Program-made: the position numbers and the translations under genes
Shown here: piece by piece, positions 26,920 to 34,047 of the stretch
Layout of the letters: every line of letters starts with the position of its first letter
Numbering within the stretch: position 1 is the stretch's first letter
Virus record (IMG/VR): IMGVR_UViG_2687453376_000003
Length of the DNA stretch: 64,000 bases
DNA from: an uncultured virus (IMG/VR IMGVR_UViG_2687453376_000003)
Taxonomy: Duplodnaviria; Heunggongvirae; Uroviricota; Caudoviricetes
Strand: one strand, 5' to 3'
Notes under the pieces: model-generated
Told to the model about the DNA's origin: nothing
Database searches by the model: none
Seen by the model: the letters and a program-made list of their open reading frames with translations, nothing else

Positions 26920-27690
26920 CTATCTGGTGATTTTTTTCAGTTGCTGGTCAGCAATCGTTTCTTGGCGATCACACTCCACAACCATCCTCTCATACAGAGG
27001 CTTATACGAATTACGCCATGACGTCTCTGGCAGGCCATTGATGTAGTGGCTAATGGCTTGATAGGCCTTTGCCACAGGAAGTCGCCTATACCCACGACCA
27101 CCACACCGTTTACATGAACACTGAACCGGAACCCCCTGACGCTCGGTCTCTTTCCGGTCGATAGCGACGCGACGCCCACGGCAATCATTACATACGGCGG
27201 AAACGACGCCCTTACCACCACACTTTCGGCACATGCGGCCAACTCGCTCTGTGACAACCTTTGCGGACGTGGATCCGTACCCAGGGTGTTTAACGACATC
27301 CTCCTGCCGATAAATCATGCCATGGCCATTACAGCAATCGCATAACTCTTGTCCTGCAGCTGAGCGGCAATAATCGCGGTATGCAAACGCCGCCAGGGTG
27401 GCGATCACTTTCGCCTTTACAGTAGGGGGGAGTTTGCGAATAGCCGCCACTTTGTCACACTGCTTCATGCCAAACTGCGTCAATAGCTGCACGGCACGAT
27501 CGCGATCTGCAACACTAACGCCGACCTTCCCCATAAACGCGGAGAATCCAAACTCTGCGCTACTCTGGCACATCCCCATAGCGGCCATAACATCAGTCCC
27601 CGTAAGGCTATCTGTTGCTGTTGCTCTCGGCGCATCGCTCAAGCTCGGGGTTTTTGGGGCAAAAAATTTCACAGCATTCTCTAAATTCAT
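26920..27690 (-). CDS. Q: Late antiterminator Q (zinc-finger type)
   Basis: MNLENAVKFFAPK, LTGTDVMAAMGM, DYCRSAA and four CxxCxGxG-like repeats; upstream of the lysis cassette. Confidence 0.92.
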   Translation of the reverse strand: MNLENAVKFFAPKTPSLSDAPRATATDSLTGTDVMAAMGMCQSSAEFGFSAFMGKVGVSVADRDRAVQLLTQFGMKQCDKVAAIRKLPPTVKAKVIATLAAFAYRDYCRSAAGQELCDCCNGHGMIYRQEDVVKHPGYGSTSAKVVTERVGRMCRKCGGKGVVSAVCNDCRGRRVAIDRKETERQGVPVQCSCKRCGGRGYRRLPVAKAYQAISHYINGLPETSWRNSYKPLYERMVVECDRQETIADQQLKKITR

Positions 27691-27709
27691 GTTCAGCGCT
27701 CTCCACACA

Positions 27710-28108
27710 TTACGCCTTCACTATGGCACCTATCCCCAGCACCCGATTCAGGAATTGCACCAACAACACCAACTGGCTGCCGTTCCTCTGCTCCCAACCA
27801 CTCATATCACGATGTAGTTCGTCATGGCACCGCCGGCACAGCGGTATCACAAACAAATCATGCGTTTTAGTTCCTATGCCACCCAATCCCAACCCCGAAT
27901 TGATGATGTGATGTGGGTCATCGGCAGGGTTTCCGCACCCGCAGCACGGCTGTGTCTTCACCCAGCGCGTGTATTTACCACTCTCCCAGCGCTGAAACTT
28001 AGGCCGCAGCATAAACCCCGCCGCCGGTGCCTCATCTGCCGCCAGCTTGATCACCGGCTGTGGGATAACGGCCTCTACGGCCGCCCCCCTGTTTGATTTA
28101 AGGCTCAC
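27710..28108 (-). CDS. DUF968 family protein, C-terminal (HNH-like) part only
   Basis: FMLRPK..RW...KYTRWVKTQPC, DDPHHII, GTKTHDLFVIPLCRRCHDELH; ~132 aa from a GTG overlapping the upstream gene, apparently N-truncated. Confidence 0.75.
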   Translation of the reverse strand: MSLKSNRGAAVEAVIPQPVIKLAADEAPAAGFMLRPKFQRWESGKYTRWVKTQPCCGCGNPADDPHHIINSGLGLGGIGTKTHDLFVIPLCRRCHDELHRDMSGWEQRNGSQLVLLVQFLNRVLGIGAIVKA

Positions 28109-28346
28109 AGGACTCCCCCACGCAGTTGTCGTAATCCATACGCGGATCACCACTGACACGCTGAGCACAACGCACGTGGCGCGATAGTTCGTTACGGCGC
28201 ACCACAACCCTGCTTATCTGCGCCGCATCGGCAAATTCCGCCGCCCTGGTCAGCTCAGTAAGCGCTCGGCGATACAGCCCGCGAGATACCAACTCTTCTG
28301 CCCGCCGGCAATGTGCATCGGCCATAGCCGAATTCTCTCTGCTCAT
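28098..28346 (-). CDS. PerC-like regulator
   Basis: AEELVSRGLYRRA motif; ATG overlaps the P gene stop. Confidence 0.7.
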   Translation of the reverse strand: MSRENSAMADAHCRRAEELVSRGLYRRALTELTRAAEFADAAQISRVVVRRNELSRHVRCAQRVSGDPRMDYDNCVGESCEP

Positions 28347-29077
28347 ACCGCTCCCTCCCCTGGATTCCCTCGCATTTTCTGGCGGATAGCTGCCAACGCA
28401 GCGACCCCGACCGATTGGTAATGCTCCGCGTTCCCTGCCAGCTCCGCCGCCGTCTTGGGCCTGCGGCAATCGGCAATTCGGACTACCGGCTGTGGGATCA
28501 CTTTTCCGGACGCTATGTCCTTGGCCCACTGCTTCATCTGCGCCTTGATCGCCCGCAGCACCTCGGCCTCGGTGTAGTTGTACCGGTACATCAGTTGGCG
28601 TACATCCAGCACCACCCAGTACATCACCGGGTGTGCCCAGTCGAACGCCTCCGGCGTGGCAAAACGGTGTTTATCGCGGGCATAGCGGTGGAACTCAGCC
28701 AGCACCTCATCGTCAGAGGGCAATCCACCCGCCCCCCGCGCTCCCTCACGGCACCACGCCATGAAGCGCCCGCAGGAAGGCCAGAAATCCCCGCCGTGTT
28801 GGCGGGCCATGCTGACACCGGCCCTCACCTGCTCCAGCGTCGTAATCCCCCCTTCGGCGAATGCTGTAATCCACTGGCGCTTCATCGCCGCCACCTCATC
28901 CGGCGCGCCAAACACCGTATTGCGCGCCGCCGGGAACAGCAGCAGCAGATTTTCAAACAGCACATCCACCAGCTTTTCAGCGTTGCCGTTCACCACTCGC
29001 GCCTGCAGGGGCTGACCAGCCATGCGGGACAGTGCGGCGGCATCCCGGCGCTGTACGGCAGAAACCAGATTTTTCAT
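28343..29077 (-). CDS. Replication protein P (helicase loader, lambda P family)
   Basis: KRQWITAFAEGGITTLEQVRAG, FWPSCGRFMAWC, HPVMYW; start reset to MKNLVS. Confidence 0.9.
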   Translation of the reverse strand: MKNLVSAVQRRDAAALSRMAGQPLQARVVNGNAEKLVDVLFENLLLLFPAARNTVFGAPDEVAAMKRQWITAFAEGGITTLEQVRAGVSMARQHGGDFWPSCGRFMAWCREGARGAGGLPSDDEVLAEFHRYARDKHRFATPEAFDWAHPVMYWVVLDVRQLMYRYNYTEAEVLRAIKAQMKQWAKDIASGKVIPQPVVRIADCRRPKTAAELAGNAEHYQSVGVAALAAIRQKMRGNPGEGAV

Positions 29078-30117
29078 AGCACGTCCTCCCATCCCTGCGC
29101 CGTGTTCCACTCCGCTCCCAGCAGGGTTTTCAGTGAGCGATCCTGAACACCCGCTTCCGGTGCCCCCAGGCGGATCACCAGCTCATCCCATTTCTCACGC
29201 AACTTCGCCGGGCTCAGGACATTGCGGCACCAGAACGGATCACGGTTTACTCGGCCAAACAGCTCGCAAATCTGCCGGTGAGTGCGCCCATCCAGCTCGC
29301 ACATCAGGCGCACCTCGTTAGCCCAAGCTATCCAATTGGGGGCCTTGGGCCTAACCATCTCCCCATCGTATTCAGCGGCTTGTTCGTGCAGTCGAAGGAT
29401 GCGCCCCCATATCCATTCGGCGCAGGTCAGATCCTCCTGCCTGCCCCACAGGCGCTTTTTGGCACTGAACACCACCGCCTCTGGATGACGAGACAAAAAA
29501 TCATGATCGCGGTCAGACTCGTCCGGTTGCGCAGCGTCCGGACAAGAAGATCTTTTTACTGACGGATCTGTTTTAACTGACGGATCGGGGTCAACCATTG
29601 ACCCCTTAACGGGGGTGTTTTTACCAATGGTTGACCCCTCAACGATTGGGGGGTCAATATTTGGGGGGTCAACCGTTAACCCCTCAACCGTTGGGGGGTC
29701 AATATTTGGGGGGTCAACCGTTAACCCCTCAACCGTTGGGGGGTCAATATTTGAGGGGTCAATCATTGGGGGGGTAACGCGCCCACCCCGCTTTTTGAAC
29801 TTGTTGGCCATGCGGGCCGCCGCTGCCGCCTCCTCCAGCTTATCGACATTGATCTGGTAAACATTGCTCAGATCACGCCCACCAGACTTACGAGCAGTCT
29901 TAGTCAGCCAGCCATCACGCGCCAGCTCATCTATCGCCGCTGAGACTGTAGTCTTGCTCCTGGCACCTATCTGACGCTGGATAGTCTCCACCGCCGGCCA
30001 CGACAGCCCCTCATCGTTGCTGTAATCCGCTAACCGAGCCATCACAGCCACGCGGGAAAGGATCAGACCAGCATGGGCACACCCTTCCCATACCAGACCA
30101 TGCAATTTGCTACTCAT
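29074..30117 (-). CDS. Replication initiator (O-like; N-terminal HTH)
   Basis: LADYSNDEGLSWPAVETI, central repeats, WANEVRLM..LDGRT, FWCRNVLSPAKLREKWD. Confidence 0.92.
   Translation of the reverse strand: MSSKLHGLVWEGCAHAGLILSRVAVMARLADYSNDEGLSWPAVETIQRQIGARSKTTVSAAIDELARDGWLTKTARKSGGRDLSNVYQINVDKLEEAAAAARMANKFKKRGGRVTPPMIDPSNIDPPTVEGLTVDPPNIDPPTVEGLTVDPPNIDPPIVEGSTIGKNTPVKGSMVDPDPSVKTDPSVKRSSCPDAAQPDESDRDHDFLSRHPEAVVFSAKKRLWGRQEDLTCAEWIWGRILRLHEQAAEYDGEMVRPKAPNWIAWANEVRLMCELDGRTHRQICELFGRVNRDPFWCRNVLSPAKLREKWDELVIRLGAPEAGVQDRSLKTLLGAEWNTAQGWEDVL
29588..29778. repeat. Replication origin iterons within the initiator gene (15-bp period, 45-bp super-repeat x~3)
   Basis: Units TTGGGGGGTCAATAT / TTGGGGGGTCAACCG / TTAACCCCTCAACCG in tandem. 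Confidence 0.85.
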
Positions 30118-30667
30118 CGCATACCTCCTTGTTGCTGTTCAGCGAACGATCGACAAGCGCTGAGGCGAAAAGACCATCGTTGATGTAGTCATGCAGGCGG
30201 TGAGCCAAGGGGGACTGGGAAGCCACCAGCATGGGGTACAGGTGAGCCATCCACACCCGGTGGATCTCTGTCATGTAGAGATATACAGCGTGCGCATTGT
30301 GTGCGGGGCCTGGTAGCGTTGGTACGTCGTTTAGGACCCTTTCCATCTGGTTAAAGGCGGTGATGTAGGCTTCTTTGAACCGGGCCGCCCGCTTGCCGGT
30401 AAAGCCCATAGCCAGGAACGCGAAACCATCGCGAGTGATTTGGTAGGCAGGGGTTCGGCGAACGGCGCCATTACCCACGGTCACATCGATAAACATCTCC
30501 GCAAAATTGCGGGCATGAAAACCGGGGGAACACTCGAGGGTGCGGATTTTCTTTAGAACGTCATCGTGACGCTTAAGGAAATAGTCAGCAATAGCGACAG
30601 AGGAAGTCACGACCTGACCGTTGATAACGGTGATTTCAGGGTGATCGAGGACGGGGATCGTAGCCAT
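30110..30667 (-). CDS. Rha family regulatory (antirepressor-like) protein
   Basis: VTSSVAIADYFLKRHDDVLKKI, YQITRDGFAFLAMGFTGKRAARFKEAYITAFNQME; start reset to MATIP. Confidence 0.92.
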   Translation of the reverse strand: MATIPVLDHPEITVINGQVVTSSVAIADYFLKRHDDVLKKIRTLECSPGFHARNFAEMFIDVTVGNGAVRRTPAYQITRDGFAFLAMGFTGKRAARFKEAYITAFNQMERVLNDVPTLPGPAHNAHAVYLYMTEIHRVWMAHLYPMLVASQSPLAHRLHDYINDGLFASALVDRSLNSNKEVCDE

Positions 30668-30720
30668 GATGGCAGCCTCTTGCGAAAGTGATATGTCACC
30701 ACCGCAGACGCCAATCTGAC

Positions 30721-30801
30721 TGGTGGTGAACCGAACAGGGTTGGCGTAACCGGTCGCAAGAGAACCCGGCGCATCTTTCGATGCCCCTGCCCGGCCCACC
30801 A
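30721..30801 (-). ncRNA. C4-type antisense RNA (P1 c4 / P4 CI-like)
   Basis: Closed stem TGGTGGGCCGGGCAGGG...CCCTGTTCGGTTCACCA with exposed CTCTTGCGA and ACGCCAA, complementary to target pairs at 30859-30882 and 30677-30714; overlaps an Ash-like reading frame. Confidence 0.85.
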
Positions 30802-30913
30802 TAATCTGGATGTAGCCGTGCATCGCACACAAAAAAACCGCTACAGCGCGGTTGTGCGCTCTTACGAATTCCGGGACGCCAATCCCGGCAACGGATTTTG
30901 CCGTTGCTTTTCC

Positions 30914-30973
30914 AGTGTAGCGCCCGCAATTTAAAGAATCAACATTTGACTTCCGATTTAATGTAACTACACT
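30914..30973. promoter_or_regulatory. Divergent promoters: leftward for C4/rha, rightward (probably leaderless) for brnTA
   Basis: Minus: TTGATT (30942-37), 17 nt, TACACT (30919-14). Plus: TTGACT (30946-51), 16 nt, TACACT (30968-73), with ATG at 30980. Confidence 0.6.
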
Positions 30974-30979
30974 AATTGT

Positions 30980-31252
30980 ATGAAAATTGAATATGACCAG
31001 AACAAGCGGGAGAAAACGCTGCTGGAACGCGGCATTGATTTTGCCAGAGCCAGTGAAATCTTCGCGGGGATGCACTTCACCGCCGAAGACTGCCGCCAGG
31101 ACTATGGGGAGATCAGAAAAATCACCGTAGGGAAACTGGATGCCAGAATTGTCGTCATGGTCTGGACGCCACGCGGTAACGGGCGGCGCATTATCTCTAT
31201 GAGGAAAGCCAATGAGCGAGAAATTAAAAGATTTGAAAAGTACCTGGGTTGA
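30980..31252 (+). CDS. brnT: BrnT type II toxin
   Basis: MKIEYDQNKREKTLLERGIDF, DYGEIR, VVMVWTPR, RIISMRKANERE. Confidence 0.93.
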   Translation: MKIEYDQNKREKTLLERGIDFARASEIFAGMHFTAEDCRQDYGEIRKITVGKLDARIVVMVWTPRGNGRRIISMRKANEREIKRFEKYLG

Positions 31253-31496
31253 TCCGGATGATGCGCCAGAGCTGGATGAGGCGTTCTTTGCCGGTGCAGA
31301 CCTGTATGACGGCAAAAAACGTGTTCGGCGCGGAAGACCATCGTCCGATAAACCAACCAAACAATCCGCCACTATCCGGTACTCCCCGGAGGTCATCGCC
31401 GCATTCCGCTCAACCGGACGTGGATGGCAAACTCGCATGGATGCCGCCCTCAAAGACTGGTTAACGCAGCACAACCCGGCGGATGTCAAAATCTGA
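31212..31496 (+). CDS. brnA: BrnA antitoxin
   Basis: DPDDAPELDEAFF, RGRP, TIRYSPEVIAAFRSTGRGWQTRMDAAL. Confidence 0.93.
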   Translation: MSEKLKDLKSTWVDPDDAPELDEAFFAGADLYDGKKRVRRGRPSSDKPTKQSATIRYSPEVIAAFRSTGRGWQTRMDAALKDWLTQHNPADVKI

Positions 31497-31542
31497 TCGT
31501 ACCTACCCACCCGCCTGTGGGCGATTAATCGTTGATCAATGC

Positions 31543-31722
31543 TCACGCTAGCCTCCTGAAATAGGCGTTGAACACAACCAAGGCCGCGTTAATCAGCCAG
31601 CCACAGCCCGGTTCAGTTCGCAGATAGGTAACCTGTTGCCTCTCTGCGCACGTCGCAACCACACGCACGGTATGCCCATACACGTCTTGGTACAGATGGC
31701 CGACTCGCGGATACTTAGCCAT
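31543..31722 (-). CDS. DUF4222-like small protein
   Basis: YQDVYGHTVRVV...VTYLR...F...F.R; start at MAKYP (in-frame upstream extension to 31926 possible). Confidence 0.7.
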   Translation of the reverse strand: MAKYPRVGHLYQDVYGHTVRVVATCAERQQVTYLRTEPGCGWLINAALVVFNAYFRRLA

Positions 31723-31913
31723 GATCCCCCTCCCGTAAAACGCCCCCCAGGCGATACCCACCGCCTCGCGGCTGACTACCAATCCCCGGCGCGGTTGGTT
31801 GTTGCCAGGTGTCCCCTGCCCCGCTACGATTTGCTCATAGCTCAGACGGCCACCGGCGATCCGGCACCGAAATTGCGCCCGAGGGCGGTTTGGGCTTAGA
31901 ATGTCCATGCGTC

Positions 31914-32441
31914 TTAATCTCCACACGAGTTATGCGCAGGCGCACTGGGACGGCATTCCCGGTGCGCCACCCACACCGCTGAGTCATCAGCAATTGCGGC
32001 ACCATTCAGGGCCATGAAGGCAAAAAACCCACACGCGTGATGGCGCATCTTCCGCCAGAACAGCGTCATTAACGCCTGCTGTTCAGCGCCACAAATCACA
32101 CCGTCTGCAGCAGCCTCCACTTTGGCTTTCGCCAGCTCACCATCGGCGACCAACTCCCGCATGCTTTGTTCGTACAGCTCCACGTTGTCGATCTGCTCCA
32201 GAACGGGGATATCAACCAGTAATTTCCCCCGGCGCGCGGCGTGGTATTCAGCCAGCAGTGACGTCCCGGAGACATCCTCCATCCGCTCTATCTCTGCCAA
32301 TGTGAAGAACCGGCTGGCGCACTTCTGATCAAGGTGGTTGCGGAACGCGTCATAGGTCATGCCAAGCTGTACGGCCATCGCCTTCTGCCCTCCCGGGTAC
32401 GTCCGACATATCGCTTTGATCGTCGTCTTGATGTCTACCAT
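31914..32441 (-). CDS. YmfL-like (cII-position) regulatory protein
   Basis: YPGGQKAMA..LGM..DAFRNHL..K..SRFF, AAADGVI; directly after cro. Confidence 0.8.
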   Translation of the reverse strand: MVDIKTTIKAICRTYPGGQKAMAVQLGMTYDAFRNHLDQKCASRFFTLAEIERMEDVSGTSLLAEYHAARRGKLLVDIPVLEQIDNVELYEQSMRELVADGELAKAKVEAAADGVICGAEQQALMTLFWRKMRHHACGFFAFMALNGAAIADDSAVWVAHRECRPSAPAHNSCGD

Positions 32442-32460
32442 CGTCTTTCCCTCTCGGTAG

Positions 32461-32667
32461 TTACTGGTGATTACAACCGGCTGTATTATTCTTCTGGTAC
32501 AAGGCCGCGTCGTACTTGATGCCGCCCTTGGTAACCTTCTCGACTAGCAGTGCATATTTCCAAGGAATCACCACATCCCATAGGCTGACTGTTGATTTGG
32601 AGATGCCTAGCGCTCTAGCGGTTTTTGTGCCATTGCCGAAGTAAGCAATGACGTCATTTTTATGCAT
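32461..32667 (-). CDS. cro: Cro repressor
   Basis: GAGGAGG RBS; MHKNDVIAYFG..TKTARALGISKSTVSLW..VIP; divergent from cI. Confidence 0.92.
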   Translation of the reverse strand: MHKNDVIAYFGNGTKTARALGISKSTVSLWDVVIPWKYALLVEKVTKGGIKYDAALYQKNNTAGCNHQ

Positions 32668-32694
32668 GTGACCCTCCTCGCTCAGATAGATGCA

Positions 32695-32757
32695 GTTTAA
32701 TCTTTCAAACAAAATAAGGTCAAGAAATTAAACTCATTTTGGTTTAAGTTTTTAAAC
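32695..32757. promoter_or_regulatory. OR operators (three 16-bp GTTTAA-N4-TTAAAC sites) with pR/pRM
   Basis: GTTTAATCTTTCAAAC 32695, GGTCAAGAAATTAAAC 32718, GTTTAAGTTTTTAAAC 32742; 23-24 bp period. Confidence 0.82.
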
Positions 32758-33408
32758 ATGAAGAAAGAGAGTATGAGTGACCGCATAAGCCTGCGAATGC
32801 GCACTCTAAAGCTGAAAAACAAAGATTTAACTGATGCAACAGGCGCATCAAAAGGTACTGTTAGCCAGTGGGTTAACGGTGGGACGGAACCATCTTCGAA
32901 GTACATGTCTCCGCTTGCCGGAGTTCTCGGAGTATCTGAGCGATGGCTCCTAGAAGGAGGCCACATTGAGGAAGTCAGTGGCAACGCAATACCTGGGCCA
33001 GATGTTTGCCGCCGGGTTCCCCTTCTGTCTCAAGTTCAAGCAGGTAACTGGAAAGAAATAGTAGAACATCACTTTGATGATTTAACGGAGTGGGTTGAAA
33101 CTACAGCAAAAGTATCACCTTACGCATTCTCTCTTCGCGTGGTCGGTGATTCAATGTCTAACCCTGGTTCCGGAGTGTCGTTACCAGAGGGATCTATTGT
33201 TATAGTTGACCCTGAAGCTGACCTGGTAAATGGGCGCATCGTCGTTGCTAGGCTGAAAAGCACAAATGAAGCGACAGTGAAAAAACTATCGATAGATGGG
33301 CCAAATATCTACTTAATGCCTCTTAATCCCAACTACAAACCAATCCAACTAGACAGCATGTGTGAGATCGTCGGTGTCTGCGTTAGAGTTGAGCAAAGCC
33401 TGATCTAA
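32758..33408 (+). CDS. cI: CI repressor (HTH + S24 autopeptidase)
   Basis: HTH GASKGTVSQW, VQAG cleavage site, GDSM catalytic Ser, ATVKKL catalytic Lys. Confidence 0.95.
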   Translation: MKKESMSDRISLRMRTLKLKNKDLTDATGASKGTVSQWVNGGTEPSSKYMSPLAGVLGVSERWLLEGGHIEEVSGNAIPGPDVCRRVPLLSQVQAGNWKEIVEHHFDDLTEWVETTAKVSPYAFSLRVVGDSMSNPGSGVSLPEGSIVIVDPEADLVNGRIVVARLKSTNEATVKKLSIDGPNIYLMPLNPNYKPIQLDSMCEIVGVCVRVEQSLI

Positions 33409-33440
33409 CCACACCCATCCATCCTCCATCCTCAAACATC

Positions 33441-33464
33441 AAACCGGCACATGCCGGTTTTTTT
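33441..33464 (+). terminator. Terminator after cI
   Basis: AAACCGGC-acat-GCCGGTTTTTTT. Confidence 0.8.
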
Positions 33465-33482
33465 CATATCCATAGAAAAAAT

Positions 33483-33533
33483 GTTTAAATATTTAAACAA
33501 AATCATTGACCATTTTGTTTTATTGTTTAAACT
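33483..33533 (+). promoter_or_regulatory. OL operators and pL
   Basis: GTTTAAATATTTAAAC 33483 and GTTTTATTGTTTAAAC 33517 flank TTGACC (33506); same consensus as OR. Confidence 0.8.
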
Positions 33534-33632
33534 CTCTTCATCAGCCATAGCACAAAGTTTCAAACCAATGTCATACCCGCAACATCGTAGGAAAACGTTC
33601 GCTTGCAGCAAAAAGCGCCCTATCGGACGCTC

Positions 33633-33645
33633 CGCTCTTTAACAA
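33633..33645 (+). promoter_or_regulatory. nut boxA
   Basis: CGCTCTTTAACAA ~100 nt downstream of pL. Confidence 0.85.
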
Positions 33646-34047
33646 TCAAAACAATGCACTCGGCGTTGAGCGAAGAGATTCGCATAACTCAGTTCCCAGG
33701 CATCCCCAGGCATCACGGTGCTATGGCATCCCTGGCCAGCAGCGGACAATGATGAGTGCAATCTGCCAGTAAACCTAGCCATGGATACTCAACTTTTATG
33801 TTAATAGCATCTATTTATTACTAAATCTAAAAATTGAGCCGTGGTAGGAAAGATCGTAAGTAATACGAATACACAAGGCAAACCAACTCATAGAGGATTA
33901 TTCTTGGTAATTTTTTACAGTTCAGCTCATTAAAAGTCATGGGATGAGCTTCAGATAGATCATCTGTGATCTACATAATGATATTTCAATGAAAAACTAA
34001 AAAACATGACGTATAATTGACAATTAACTAAAAAGATTAGGAAAATT

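Noticed and set aside
29588..29778. CRISPR-like array
   Set aside because: Repeats are contiguous without unique spacers, lie inside a coding gene, and no cas genes are present; better explained as iterons.
30110..31546. 478-aa ORF as the primary annotation
   Set aside because: Recognisable homology is limited to the Ash-like and Rha parts, and brnT/brnA occupy the opposite strand; annotated as rha from 30667, with the long frame kept only as a finding.
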